The notes under the pieces: model-generated | What the model saw: the letters and a program-made list of their open reading frames with translations, nothing else | Told to the model about the DNA's origin: nothing | The model's database searches: none | NCBI GenBank assembly: GCA_028534125.1 | Contig: CM052832.1 | Coordinates: forward strand, 24,244,001-24,308,000 | Origin: Lama glama | Lineage: Eukaryota | Direction of reading: 5' to 3' | Length of the DNA: 64,000 bases | Part shown: in pieces, positions 12,478 through 26,059 of the stretch | How positions within the stretch are numbered: the first letter of the stretch is position 1 | Layout of the letters: each line of letters opens with the position of its first letter | Position numbers and translations under genes: made by a program

Positions 12478-13780
12478 CTTTCAGTTTCCAGTCCAATCTC
12501 TGAAGAGCTTGGAAGTTATCACTTCCATCCTCACAATAGGAAAAAAGCTGAACAAACTGAAATTCAGTGACTCTTCTTAGATCCATCGGAGACTAGAGGT
12601 CACAGAGGAAACTGCTGCCCCAAAGTGGAGAGACAGATAGGCAGATACAGTGAATCACAGTTTATGTGGAACAGAAGCCCATGCCTGGAGCCAGTGTCCG
12701 TAGGAGCACTGAAAACTGTAATTGGTAAAGTACCAGAGGCTCAGTGTGTTCTAGATCAAGAGTTTAAAAATTTCTAGGAGCCTAGGCTTAGGGGTTCCCT
12801 GCACTTTTCTGAGTTTTACCTCCAGGGGTCCTACCAGGTTCTCACTGTAAAAATGGGAGAAAAATCCCCCCCCACCCCCGCTTCTAGCAGGGGTAGGGGG
12901 AAAAGTAAACATGCTGAGATATGCCCAGAGTATTCTGTTTCCTCAGTAAAGCCTGCTCTCAAGGGAAACTGTTTAACCAAGTGTAACTGACTGGGGATTT
13001 ACCAGAGCACAACCAAGCCGGGGAAGGGAAATACCCAACTCCAGCCTCCTCAGCCTTTGACGTGGGGGAAGGGAAATACCCGACTCGGGCTCTGAAAGCC
13101 CGAGACCTAATGACAGAGCTGTAGGACACGTTCCCTCCCTGCTCACCTCACTGCCCCATCAGCCAGGGCTCCTGTACAGTCACCGGGGATTACAGTGAAG
13201 AGAACTGCAAACCTCACACGCTATTTAAGTAAAACCCAAAGACACCAAGGGAGACAAAAATAAGGGCATCAGAGGAAACTTCAGCCTCTGACACCACAAC
13301 TGAAAAAAAAAGAGAAAACACACCCTAACTCCCAGCCAGATAAACATAAAACCTCATATTAAAGTCCACCTACTGCCATCCTTTTTACTCCATACATCAT
13401 GCCTAGCTTTCAGCAAAAAAGTACAAGGCAGAGTAAGAGGCAAAAAAAAAAAAAAACAAAACCATGTTCTGAAGGGATAAAGCAAACATCAGAGCCAGAC
13501 TCAGATACGACAGAGATTTGAGAATGGTCAGACCAGGAATTTTAAAATAACTTTGATTAATGTGCTAAGGGTTCTAATGAAAAAAATAGACCACATGCAA
13601 GACCAGATAGGTAATGTAAGCAGAGAGATCAAAACTCTAAGAACGAACCCAAAGGAAATGCTAGAAATTTAAAATACTGTAACCAAAATGAAGACTGTCT
13701 TTGATGAGCTCATCAGTAAACTAGATGTGGCTGTGGAAAGAATCAGTGAGCTTGAAGACATGTCAGTAAAAACTTCCAAA
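12478..13780 (+). mobile_element. Old L1 5' region (L1MD-like 5' UTR and start of degraded ORF1)
   Basis: GAGCTTGGAAGT...AAAAAGCTGAACAAACTGAAA...CTTCTTAGATCCATC 5' end; ORF1-like GGAAATGCTAGAAAT...GAAAGAATCAGTGAGCTTGAAGA. Confidence 0.8.
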
Positions 13781-13924
13781 GCCATGTCTTCATTTTACAG
13801 ACAGACCTGTAGCTAGCTTGGCTGGTTTAATAAGAAGGAGAGACTCAAACCACCACCCGCAGTCCTTACATAGAACAGGAGAAAGAGGACGGAGGAAAAG
13901 AAGCGGTTTCATATCTATAACAAG

Positions 13925-14345
13925 TGCTGTGAGTTGAATTGTGTCCCCAGAAAAAGATACGTTCAAGTCCTACCCATCCCCCCAGTACCTGTGACGGTGA
14001 CCTTATTTGGGAAGATGGTCTTTGCAGATGCAATCAGATTTAGATGAGGCCATACCCGATTAAGGTGGGCACTAACTCCAACGACTGGGGTCCATTTAAG
14101 AAGAGAGGGATTTGGAGACACCAGATGCACCCAGAGGGAAGAAGGCCATCTGGCAACAAGGACAGATACTGGGGTGGTGCAGCTACAAGCCAGGGAAGGC
14201 TGAGGATGGCCGGAAACCAGCAGAAGCTGGGAAACACAGGAAGGATTCTCCCCAGAGCCTTCAGAAGGAGCACGGCCCTGCTAACATCTTGATGTCAGAT
14301 GAACAGACTTCAAAAACTGTGGAAAGAATAAATTTCTGTCTTAAG
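13925..14345 (+). mobile_element. MLT1 (MLT1B/C-like) ERVL-MaLR solo LTR, 3'-truncated
   Basis: TGCTGTGAGTTGAATTGTGTCCCC...GTGACCTTATTTGG...GGTCTTTGCAGATG...CTACAAGCCAGGGAA...AATAAATTTCTGT. Confidence 0.88.
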
Positions 14346-14719
14346 AAAAAAAAAGTCATATTTGCTTTATAATTTTTTTAAGAGCCCCTTTCCTGACCTC
14401 CAAGTGGTCTTGCAGTGGAAGCCAGGATGCTCTTGGACTTCTGGGTCCTCTCCTCTGGTTTAACTTAACTTGGAGCCTGTTTTATCAGTACTGAATTGTG
14501 CTTTTGATCCCCTTAATATGCTGTCACCTGACCCAGTGTCAGTTCACTCCAAATATATGTTTAATTTTCAGGTAAATGCTTAGCCACTGTGATGTTTAGA
14601 AATTCAAATGAAAATATGAAAATGGTTAAGTATTCAATTCTCTCTATGCTTCTAGAACCACTAATTTTTCATCTGTACCACTAATTTTATTTTATTTTAA
14701 TTTTTCACCCACCTAATTC

Positions 14720-14875
14720 CTACCTGGATCAAAGTCCCAGCAGGAAACAAAGGACACACTATTAACAGGGTAATTTGGGGAGGTGTGAGCAGGGCATGTA
14801 AGAAGAACCAGGGATTGAGCAGGACCCTGGGATCAGTGATCTCAGAGCCATCACTACCCCTGAGACCCAAGGTAC
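14720..14875. mobile_element. Ancient ERVL-type LTR fragment (subfamily uncertain)
   Basis: GTCCCAGCAGGAAACA...CACACT...GGGTAATTTG...CACTACCCCTGAG resembles old ERVL LTR ends. Confidence 0.45.
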
Positions 14876-14904
14876 AGATGACATGTAAGTGGAAAAATAT
14901 ATCT

Positions 14905-15490
14905 TAAAACAAATATTTGGATTCTACTGTGTGGTAGATTGCAGGTGCTAGATGCAGGAAATAGAGTAATACACACCCTCTTCCCTCCTCAGGGGACTTT
15001 ACAAGCAGGTGGGAGACAGAAACACTCTACAAATGACTCCCCAAATAAATACCAAAGACAGTGGTTAAATTCCACAAAGAAAAAGAAGAGGAGGCTATGA
15101 GAGATTTCAGCAGAGGGCTGGGACCAGGTACCTCCTGTCGGGGAAGTCTTTCCTGGGAAAGTGATGTTAGAGCTAAGATTTGCAGATGCAGAGGAGTTTC
15201 TAGCTGCAGGACCAGGCAGGGAGGAGCGTGTGAGATGATGGGAACAGTGCAGGCAGAGACCTTGACCTTGGAAAGGATGTGGTGCATTAAAGTCTCCAAG
15301 AGAAGCCCAATATGGTTGAAGCTCACTCCCATGACAGAGAGGGAGGGACCTGGGGCTGGAAAATGGGGAGGGACCAAATCATGCCAGGTCTCCAAGGCTG
15401 GGTTGGGATTTGGATCCCATATGAAGAGAGAAAAGTCACAGAAGGATTGCATACAGAGACGCCAGGATTTGTCTTCATTTCTAAAAGATT
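14905..15490 (-). mobile_element. L2 LINE fragment
   Basis: AACAAATATTTGG..TCTACTGTGTG...GGAAAGTGATGTTAGAGCTAAGA...TTCATTTCTAAAAGAT. Confidence 0.75.
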
Positions 15491-15799
15491 CTTAAAGACA
15501 AGGGCTTTATTTTTGCTCATTTTCTAATCATGCATGTTAACCTTACACATAGTCGGTGCTTACCCTATTTGTTGAACTGCATTTCAGTTCTGGAAGAAAG
15601 GTGTTTTAGAAATTGTGTTTAGTAGTGGAAACTAATGGAGGGGGTGTGCAGTTAAACTGGGGATGAAGCAATGGTTGCTTTCCTTCCAGAAATCTGTTTT
15701 CTCTGATTACCATATGCCAGGGTCACATAAAATGAAAAAGATGCAATTGCTTAAAAGAACATAAACTCAGCATAAGGAAAATGTTATTTCTCATTTATT

Positions 15800-16052
15800 A
15801 CTGGTTAAAACCATCCGCTATGAAATCAGACTGCCTGAATTTGAGTTCCAGTTTAATTATTACTTACTAGCTGTGGGTCCATGGGTAAGTTACTTACCTC
15901 CTCTGTGCCTCAGTTTTCTTATCTGTAAAAGGGGATTATAATAGCACTTGTTTCATCTCTTTGTTGTGAAGACTAAGTGGGAATCCATGAGATGTATGTC
16001 AGAGATTGCCAGGCACAGAGTTAAGTGCTTAATAATGTCACCTACTATTAAT
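15800..16052 (+). mobile_element. MIR SINE, near full length
   Basis: TGGTTAAAA...CAGACTGCCTG...ACTTACTAGCTGTG...CTCTGTGCCTCAGTTTTCTTATCTGTAAAA...GGCACAGAGTTAAGTGCTTAATAA. Confidence 0.88.
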
Positions 16053-16894
16053 TGCATACAAATTCCCTGACATGTATAAAAAGTGGCTTTCCTCAACTGT
16101 AAAATGATTTGCTCTTTAAGATGTTCCCAGTCCTTGATTCATCATAGTGGCTGTTGTTTATGGTTCATAATAATATATAATGGCAATCCGACTTTTACAG
16201 AAATGTTTACCGCATCAGGTTTTGCTGGGCTTACTACACCAAGTAATAAGATCTCTCCCCAGTATTGAATTGTTTTCTTCTGATATATTCTAGATAATGC
16301 ACTTTAAGAAATGTTTAAAGCTAACAACGTATAAACTTATATGGCACGTAATTTTCCTGGATTTCCAGATCATTAGAGACGTTACTGAACGTGTCTGGGG
16401 TCTCCATGCAGGCATGGTCTTTTTCTCCCCTCCTCTTGCTCATCTCTCAACTTGCAGAGCTGTACATGTTAATATTTCTTCTTCTCCACTCTCCCCCTCC
16501 ATATATTCCTAAGTGAAAATATGCACCTCAGTGCACAAACATCACACAAATTGATTATTGAAGCTTATGAAGGTTAAAAGCGATCCCTGAGCTCAGTAGA
16601 CAAGATACTCATTTTCTCTCTCCTGGCTGCAAAGCAGGCCTCCTGATCTGTCAGTTTCATAAATCATTCTCCAACCAGTCCATGACAGATAAGCAATCAA
16701 AGAACAAGTTAGCACTGAACCGGTTACAGATTAGAAATCAGGTGACAGCCGGCCCCATTGTTTCTTCTAGAATGTACCCCAAATGGGTACACTGCTGTGC
16801 ATGGGTAAGCACGCCCATACTTGTTGACAGAATTATTTTTAGAAAGTAATGCTTTCCCATTTATAAAACCCAGGGAGAGGCAGCACGATGTGTA

Positions 16895-17370
16895 GGCGGC
16901 AGTTCTCAGCCCTGGCTTCCGATCAGAATTACCTGTAGAGCTTTTCAAAATCTGCAGATGCCATGTCCTCGCTCTGGACCAATGATTCTCAGCCTGGGCT
17001 GCACATGTGAATTCGCCTGGAGAGTTTTTGAAAACTAGGATGCCAGCCAGGCAGCCCCACCCCAGACCAACTGCATCAGAATCTCTAGGGGCAGGACCTA
17101 GAGAGAGAGATTGCCTAATCAGCCCTCCAGGCGATTCTAATATATAGCTAGGCCCAAGGACCGTGGCTCTGGATGGACTGAGTTCACTTATTCATTTAGC
17201 AAAAAAATTGCTGGCCACTACTATATGCCAGGCCTGGCTGGCAACATTGCATTTAAGGAAATAAACACTCCCTGTTCTCCTGGGTTTAGAAATCTGAGTC
17301 AAAATCTTCAGGGGTGGGGCCTAGGCATCTGAAAGTTTTAAAAGCTGATCAACCAAGATTGAGAATCAGG
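16895..17370. mobile_element. Nested MER5-family hAT elements plus L2 fragment
   Basis: Inner MER5 16980-17166 with 8-bp TSD CTCTGGAC/CTCTGGAT; outer MER5-like halves ~16895-16970 and ~17290-17370; L2 tail ~17180-17285. Confidence 0.72.
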
Positions 17371-17371
17371 G

Positions 17372-17612
17372 AGTTAGTAGAAAGGGCAGAGAGTCTGATA
17401 GCCTTGTTTGAATCTTGGTTCCTCTGCTTACTGGCTGTTTGATCTGGGGTAAGTAAGTTATGTAACTGTTCTAAGCCTCTGCTTTCTTATCTTTAAAATG
17501 ATGAAAAGCAAATCTTCCACTCTAGGGCTGTTATGAGTTTTAAATGAAAAAACAAATCGATAGAAATCTTGGTACAGTGGCTGGGACCTACTAGGCAGCC
17601 AATAAATGTGAG
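17372..17612 (+). mobile_element. MIR SINE
   Basis: TAGTAGAAAGGGCA...TTTGAATCTTGGTTCC...TTTCTTATCTTTAAAATG...GGGCTGTTATGAG...CAATAAATG. Confidence 0.8.
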
Positions 17613-18086
17613 TTTTCTTTTTTCCTCCTCCCTTTCATTTCTCCCGTTGTCCTAAAAGTAATAGATGAGCTAAGTACGTGTGATGTACAATTGAAATATA
17701 AGACACTGGCCCCGGCTTTCCAGGAGTTATGGTGTAATAAACAATTAAAGAGCAGCCACATCGTACCTAAGCTATTCCTAGGTGTGTGCTATCAGCCACT
17801 TTTATTGCTGCAGGGTTTCTGAATGGAGAGAAATAATCACTGAGAATCAGGAGCCAGATGTTTCCTAAAGAGGAAGAATTTAAGAGGGGGCTTGATGGTG
17901 AGTAGGTTTTGCTAGCAGAGGAGGAGAAGGAGGACACTGCAGGCTGAAGAACTGCGTAGCTAAGGTAACTTTGAAATTATACCTAAAGGTAGGTCATGTT
18001 TAAAGATGACATTTATCTTTTAAACATTGTTTGACATGTGTCTATGCATGTCATTGATCAAGAAAGTGGAGTTCACCTTTTTATCA

Positions 18087-18104
18087 GTGTGTGTGTGTGT
18101 GTGT
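18087..18104. repeat. (GT)9 microsatellite
   Basis: Direct reading. Confidence 0.95.
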
Positions 18105-18801
18105 AATAAAGTATGAATTCTATGTGTTTAAGAACATGTATGAGGTTTATGTTCTTAATGAGAAATGCATTTGTTTTATCTGCATATTCCTGACTCCGTT
18201 ATTTAGGAGAATGTTGTATGCATCTGTCTGTCTTTCCTCGCATTCTCCTCGGGGGTACCAGCAAGCCGGCTTAGAAATAACTCACTGGCCTCATAAATAA
18301 CAATGAATTTTCTGAGCACGAAGAACAAAGAACTGAATCAAGATGACATCATCCTCCTTAGAGTGAATTTTCATTCAGGTTAACATTTAAGTCCGGCTGG
18401 AGACTTGTCCAGAATGGTTAGTCCCTGACCAATTGTAAACGGCCAAGAAAGCAGATTTGCTTAAAAGCAAGCGGGTCTGGAGAGCGAGTGGGCACCTGGC
18501 CGTAGCTGCCTCCCGCAGGGCAGCCCGGCATTCTGTTCCAGCCCCACGCTGCAAGGCCTGGGCCTCCACGCAGGCTCTGTGGACTGTGACTGACAGCGTA
18601 TCCCTCCTCTGCTGGGATTACTTGGAATGACCTACTTTGAAAATGGTGTGAACTCGGCCGAGCGCCAAGGAGTTGGGGTTGCAAACAGGCCTGCCTGGAG
18701 AGCTTCCGGCAGAAAAGAGCAAGCTGTCTCTCTCGGGCCCCTCCAGAAGCCGGGTGTATGATTTTGTTTGGGGCGGGGGGTGGGGTGCTCTTGGGGGGGG
18801 C

Positions 18802-18901
18802 NNNNNNNNNNNNNNNNNNNNNNNNNNNNNNNNNNNNNNNNNNNNNNNNNNNNNNNNNNNNNNNNNNNNNNNNNNNNNNNNNNNNNNNNNNNNNNNNNNN
18901 N
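18802..18901. other. Assembly gap (100 N)
   Basis: Run of N flanked by G-rich sequence. Confidence 1.
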
Positions 18902-21900
18902 CTTTCCAGGGCAAAGCCGGGGGGAACACGAGAACTCAAGGCTGAATCACAGATCAGGGACCTCCTGAGGCCTGCACCCTGGCCCCCACGTGGAGCGTTG
19001 GCTAAGCTTCCCTTCCACCCAGGTTCATTTTTCTCCGAGTGTCTGACTTTTAAAACCAACATGAAGTCTCTGGGGCGTGGGTAAGAGAGGAACTAGAGGA
19101 AAGGGGACAGGAATGTTGAGGACTACATGACTCGACCACTTTAAAGGATGACTCTAGATAATCTCTTTTTTCTCTACCTTCAGAACTGCCTGCTTAAAAA
19201 AAAAAGGAGGCCAGCTTTGGATCTAGGGAAATTATCTGCACTTGTAATTCAGCTTAAAAATGAAGTTTTTTTTAATTTTCCAAAGCAGCTGCCCTGAATT
19301 CAGAATAAGTAAATTCCAAATGTTTACCATCTGATAAGACTCTTCTTAAGATGAAATATTTGTTTACACACATATGAAGAGAATGGGAACTGGGTTATCA
19401 ATTTCTCTCTCAGGATACTTACAGCATGATAATTTCTCTCTGTTGAATCAGCTTGGGCTGTTATCAAATATAAAGGAAGAGAAAAATTTTACTTTAAGTC
19501 TTATATTTGAACCTAAATGGAATATTCAGTATTTATCTGAAAACATCATTTAAAATTATATGCCTATAACAGTTCTGACCTCCTGCTTAGAGTGCTTCTC
19601 TCCTTGTTTATTTGAATCTTTTTTAAGCTGTAAAGATACTTTCTTTCCATGCTTTTCTACCCTGAAATCCTCTCAGTTGCCAAGGACTCCTGTGAAATCC
19701 ACCACCTTCAGTTTCACCCCAACATTCCAGTCTTTTTCAGACTTTGGTTTTTGGAATATAATCAGTGGAGGACTAGAAAGATTTTCCTGAAATAAAGACC
19801 TAGTAAAATGTTAAATATGGAATGATCAAAATGCATGCATGATCCTTTACATAAATTCACAGTTGGTAGCACTTTGGTAAATGTTGGCAAAAATACACTA
19901 TAAGGGTTTTGAAATAGGGAAAGATGAGCAAATTTTTGACCTATCCTGAAATGTATGGGATCTCTTCCATGCAATATAGACTCTGTATTGTCGGTCCTGC
20001 CCTTCTCCCACTGTTCAGTGGATAAATTGCATGTGGGAAATGAGAGGGAAAAGGGGGAAAGTGATAGAATTAGAATATGAGTTTGACACACAACAGTTGC
20101 TGGCTGTGCTCATGACACAGGACAGTCTAGATCTTTACTTCATCTCTGACAAACCATCATCTCTTTCTTCAGTCTAACTCTGGGGCCTTCTCTCTGAGAG
20201 ATGTGGGAATCGAAGCTCCAGTGGAGCTGACAGTTTTATACCAGCAGACTCAGTCTCACAAGCCTCACCCTGCAGTGGCTTTTAATTTTAAAAACTGAAT
20301 AAAGGTTGTTGAGGCCAAGACTTCATGGCCACTGGGCAAAAAAGACCCAGACTCGAGGTGAGACAACAGGTTGAGGGGGTGGGATCAAATCCTGGGCTGA
20401 GAATAGCCTTTTGGATTCTGGAGCCAAATGCCGAGAAAGAAAAGAATCTGCAATAGAAGACAGAGCTAGGAGGCCATGTGTCTGTCTGTATCCTAACGTG
20501 GAGAGCAGTTGTAATGATGGACATAGGGCTCTGCAGGCAGCTTAACCAGGTGGGATGGAGAAGGCTAATGCGGTGGAGTAGATATGTTCATTTTTTTCCC
20601 AAAAGAATTTTAAGTGACTTCTGTTTTAATTTTACAGTCTGAATAAAATGTTGCAGGCTTTCTAGTATTATCTCTCACCGTTAACTAACATTCATTAACG
20701 TATTAAGCACCTGGGTGCACGTGGTGTTGTGTGATGTGTCCCTCCAAAGAGTCTGGCAGCCCTGAAGGAATTTGCAGAAGTAAACAAAAAGAGAAAGCGG
20801 TTCACTGTAATGCCACATCTTCCTCCTCCTTTCCGCCGTGAAGTTTTGTAAATGTTTCTATTTAGAACAGCTATTTTAGCTTTCACTAGAGGAGCTACAG
20901 GGATAATGAATACAAAGAGGAAGAGAAGAAGGGTAAGGAAGGGGTGAAGGGTTGGACCCCAGGACAAGCTATGGGATGCTTGAGCACCTCATGCTGGGTC
21001 CCCATCCTATGTGCCTGATGTGGGGACTACCCACCTACTGCTGAATATTCCTTAGCTTCTGTTTTCCTTCTGTCCTGAAGTTTTGCAAAATTTTGAGGAA
21101 AGATGGTGGGGCTGGAGGTTTGCAAATGACCTGCTGCAGTCCCCTCTGGGGTCTGGCCTGCTCAGTAGCACTACCCCTCCTCTAGGTCCTACACATCACC
21201 TACTTAAAGAACCACATTGAATTAAGTGTAGTAAAAGGAAATACTGTAAGAGTTATGAAAGAAAGAAATTTGTCACTAAAGATCATAATGATTGCACAAG
21301 AGCAGGACTTGGGAGGGAACATCACATGAGCTCCAGGGGAAGGCTTCAATTCAGATGAAACACCATGATTAGGAAGAAACTGGTTCTAAATTACTATCCG
21401 GGGTGCAAATTTTGTGAAACCCTTCGAAGAAATAGGCGAACATACCGGAAGCATGTTTGGGGAAATGACTATGATTAGATTTTGCTTTATCATCTTCTAT
21501 ATAAGGAAGTTCATTAGTAAACAGACAGTGTCAGTGTTGTCAAATTTTCCTTGGGGGTGCACAAGATCAATATCTCTTGCTATCTAGCTCCCAGGAATAT
21601 GCATAAGGGCAGGTACAAATCTATACCCAATGCATAGAGGTAGGAAATACACAATGGTGTGAGGATTCATTCACAAAGAGAAGCAGGTATTGGGGTACAA
21701 ATATCAATTCATTCTTCGTAGGGACTTCATGTTTGCTGGCCACAGAGCTCTAGTTTAGCAAGGAATTCTCTTTAGTTCTGTGACTGTCAGTGGGGAGAAC
21801 GGGTATATGGGTTGCAAATGTCTAAACTGCATCCTTCTGGGAAGGATGTTCATTTCATCTAGGAGAGAGTGAAAAATAAGCGAAAGCCTGGTCACCAGGT

Positions 21901-24204
21901 ATCAGAGCTGCAGGAAAGGAATTTATTTCTTTCGATTCTGTGCTGAATTCTGCTGGCTCCCTGCATCCAGATGAAATCAACAACGCACTACTCACATAGA
22001 ACTTAGCATCTAAAAAAAGCTCGCATTGTGTTTTAAGCCTTTTATTACCAAATAATAGAAGTCATGTGGTTAAAGTCTGTTCCTGCAGTTTTCTCTGAAA
22101 CATCTGTACGGTTTTAGGGGGTAGGGTGGGTGAATGTATATTCCATGTGGATCTTTGTCGATTGAAAATGCACTTCAATACTTAGGGCTCGTGCCCCCAG
22201 CCCCTCAATCATATATATATACGCTTTCCTCCTTGCAAGCACTCCAGAAATGTTTTTTAAGAAATAAGGAATACCTTTTATGTTCGCATTCAATGTCATT
22301 ATTATTATTACTTGCTGTGTCTGAACAGTGTGACTCATACCCACTAAAAGCTCCCAGAAGAACAGAGGAGGAAGACGAAGAAGCAAATTCCATTCAGTAA
22401 ATTACTATTGCATACTAACTGTGTTTGGCACTCTGAGGACAGAATCCCTAAAGAGTGCAACCTAGCAGACTACACAGGGCAGATATACAAATAACTATAA
22501 ATCGGGGCAGAGTAGGGTAAGTGCCTCACCAAAGTTGGTAAAACAAAAACCTGGAGAAGTGGGTGGGTCACCATTTGAAAAGGCTCAGCAGAGGTTTCTT
22601 AGGGAAGATGGTAAAGGGGGAACAGGGTATGTAAGCCAGGTGCTTCCAGGCCCTCTGGAAAGTCCAGGGCCTCTGGAAAGTCCAGGGCCTCCCCACCATG
22701 TGCCTATTGTCCGCTCCACTCATGGTTTACCATTTGTTCATTCCATCCACTGAAACCCCATGTCTTTTCTTGATTTCCAGTAAAACTCACTAACACAAAG
22801 CCTTTCTGAAATGAAGTTGTTCCTGAAGGTGTTGGGGAGATGGGTTGCAGCCCAGTAATGTACACATCTTAAAACTGAACATTAGGCATCACTGGTTTTA
22901 AAAATCTTTTGGGAGCCCCTCCTTGTCATTCATTTTCCTGTTTGCTGCCTGTCTTTGGGGAACTGGGGTTGGGGGGACTATGCCCCGCCTCCAGGTCCAA
23001 ATTTCATTCATTTTCTTAAACGCTGAATTTCCTCCTATATCATAGCCTGCGCTCTTCCTCTATACTGGGCACTGGTGCCAACTCTTCCCAACCAATGACT
23101 CATCGATGTCTTATTTTCTTAAAGAACATCTTGCCCCCACAAAGATAAGTTCAGGCTGATATCACTTTATTTTTAACATGTGACAATGACCGTTTTGCAA
23201 GGCAGTGCTGGAAGATAAGAATATTTTTGTAGGGTCATGGATTAGAAGACCTAGAAGAATTCTTAGAGCTTCTCCAAATACCGGTCTCTTGTTTTACAAA
23301 TGAGAAACCTGAGGCTCAGCCATGCTCAAGCACATGGACTTCGTGGTGGAGGGCTCTGTCCATCTAGGGCTTTTTCCGCTGATGGAGAGGACTTCCGGAT
23401 GAAGGCAGAAGACTGGAAAACAAGGCATTTATTGTAGCAGGTGTGATTAGGAATGAAGTCTGCGGGCAAAGGGACTCCCTCCTCACTACATGTTCATAGT
23501 AAAAGGATTTTTTTTTTATTAGCTTGGAAGTGTCCTCATAAGCCACCGAGACACCACACCAGACAATAGGAACAATCTAGACTTTTCAAATAACAGTATT
23601 TCAGTCTCTTCCAGTTTTGTTGCCTTAAAGTTTAAACAGTGTCAATTCAAACTTCATCTCCGGATCAGGGCTGACTAGACTCTACAAGGTAACAGTCAAT
23701 CTTAGGAAATGTGTATCAGGGTCTCCTGGCAGAAGAGGGGGGGTCCTTTGGACTGTTGTTCGACCCCTTCAGGCATATGGTAAAACTGGCTGCTCCACAT
23801 ACTGGAGACCACAAAGATGCAGCTAGTTCAGTCTGGCTTTCTGAGGTGCTGGCACCTACCCCCAAGAGCATGTGACCCTTGGTAGAAATCTTCAGCGATC
23901 ATGGCCTCTTTGTCCCAAATCTCGCCCTTGAGGCCTTTGAAAGATTTAGGTAATCTGGTGAATACAAAGGACTTTAGGCACTGTTTCCCAGGAGCAGAGT
24001 GTCAAGGTTAGTGTAGGTCTGGAAGAGAACTCCAGCCTTGGGCCCAGTGCCCCACACAGACTGGGTAACAGTGACAGCTGGGAGGGGGTGGTGGCAGAGG
24101 GAAGGCGGGGAGGAGACAAAGCCCAGGCAGTTCTGGCTTCACCTGGAGTCCTGCCATAGACAAAGACAAGATCCATTGGAGTGACCTACCCAGTGCCGAG
24201 CTTT

Positions 24205-25575
24205 TACAATTATTTTTATTTTGAGAGAACCGTAGATTCACATGCAGTCGTAAGAAATAATCCAGAGACCCCACATACTCTTTACCCAGTTCACTCCTAT
24301 AGCAACATCTTGCAAAACAGGAGCACCCTGTTCCAACCAGGATATTAGCATTGCTTCAATCAAGGTACAGAGTATTCCTGCCACCACAAGGGTCTCTCAT
24401 GTCGGCCTTTATAGCCACATCAGCCTCTCTCCTACCTCCATCCCCTCCTTGACCCTAGCAACCACTAGCCAGTTCTCCATTTCTATGATTTTGTTATTTT
24501 AACTCTGTTATACAAATGACATCTCTCAGTGCACAACCTTTTGGAATTGGCTCTTTTGATGCAGCATAACTCTCAGGACACTCATCCAGGTCGCGGCTCA
24601 CATCAATAGTTTGTTCTTATTATCGCCAAATAGTATTCCGTCCTTTGGATGTACTGTGGTTTGTTTAACATCCACTCATTCAAAGGACTTTCAAGGTGTT
24701 TCCAGTTTTTGGCTATCGCACGTAAAATTATTACAAACATTTATGGACAGGTTTTGGTGTGAACATAAGTCTTCCTTTCTCTGGGGTGAACACTCCAGAG
24801 GCCAATATCTGGCTCATATGGTAGTTGCACATTTATTTTTTAAAGCAACTGCAAACTGTTTTCCAGAGAGGCTGTGTGGTTCGGGGTTACCAAATGTAGG
24901 AGGGATCCAGTTTCTCTACATCTTCACCAGCACTTGGTGGTGGTCACTGTTTTTTATTTTAGTCATTCCGATAGATGCACAGTAATATCTCATGTTTTTA
25001 ATTTGCATCCTCCTAATGGCTAATGATGTTGAACATATTTTCATGTGCTTATTTGCCACCTGTATGTCCTTTTTAGTGAAATGTCTCTTCATTCCTTTTG
25101 CCCATTTTCTAATTGGTATTTTAACTGCTGGTTTTTCCAAGTTCTTTGTATATTCTTTGTATATCCTCTGATGGATATCTGGTTTGCAAATATTTACTCA
25201 GAGTCATGTCTTTTCATCCTCCTAACAGGGTCTTTCACAGAGCAAAAGTTTTCAATTTTGTTGACATCTAATTTTCTTATTTCCTCTACACATATTTAGA
25301 ACCAGACATTGGTATAATTTTTGCTTCTCCAATGAAGCATAATTCAGAAAGCTCAAGAGGATACAGAAAATCTACTATGTTTATCCATATTTTTGCTCAC
25401 TGGCCCTTTCTTTCTCCCTGATGTTTAGAGAACTTCCTTTACTCGTTCTTTAGGGTTGGTCTGCTGGTGACAAATTCTCTTAGTTCTCCTTCATCTGAGA
25501 GTATCTTGATTCCACCTTTGTGCTTCCCCTGGATGCTTCCCCTGAATATAGCATTCTGGGTAGATAACTTTTTTT
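24205..25575 (-). mobile_element. Old L1 (L1MC/L1MD-like) 3' UTR and degraded ORF2 C-terminus
   Basis: Minus-strand ORF 24916..25140 (PIRKWAKGMKRHFTKKDIQVANKHMKICSTSLAIRRMQIK) is recognisable L1 ORF2p C-terminal sequence; TAGATTCACATGCAGTCGTAAGAAATAAT 3' end. 25290-25575 is a less certain additional L1 piece. Confidence 0.88.
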
Positions 25576-25693
25576 AGACCCTATTCTCTTCCTTCTGTTC
25601 ACACCAAGCCTGGACACTCATCCAACCCTTGGCTCCTCACTCTCCTTATGCCCCACATCTGATATATCCCTCCATCCTTCAGTCCACTTCCAT

Positions 25694-26052
25694 TGTGCAT
25701 TACTCAGCTCAAGCTGCCATGATAAAGCACCACAGACTGGGTGGCTTAACGACAGAAATTTATTTTCTCACAGTTCTGAAGGCCACAAGGCTAAAATCAA
25801 GGTGTCAGCATGGTCAGTTTCTGGTGAGGACTTTGTTCCAGGCTTGTAGAGGACTGCCTTCTTAATTTGTCCTTATATGATGGAGAGAGAATGCAAGCTT
25901 TCTGGTGTCTCTTTTATAAGGGCACTAATCCCATCGTGGGGGGCCCACCCTCATGACCTCATCTAAACCTAATTATCTCCCAAAGTCCCCATCTCCAGAC
26001 CCCATCACATTGGGCCTTAGGGGCAGAGGGGCACGCAACTCAGTCCACAGCA
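25694..26052 (-). mobile_element. MLT1A-like ERVL-MaLR solo LTR inserted in L2
   Basis: CACCACAGACTGGGTGGCTTAA...AGAAATTTATTTTCTCACAGTTCTG...TATAAGGGCACTAATCCCAT...CCCTCATGACCTCATCTAA; TG...CA ends. Confidence 0.9.
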
Positions 26053-26059
26053 TTTTTTT

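Noticed and set aside
13020..13087. Direct repeat GGGGAAGGGAAATACCC(A/G)ACTC
   Set aside because: Internal to the L1 5' region; only two copies, not an independent array.
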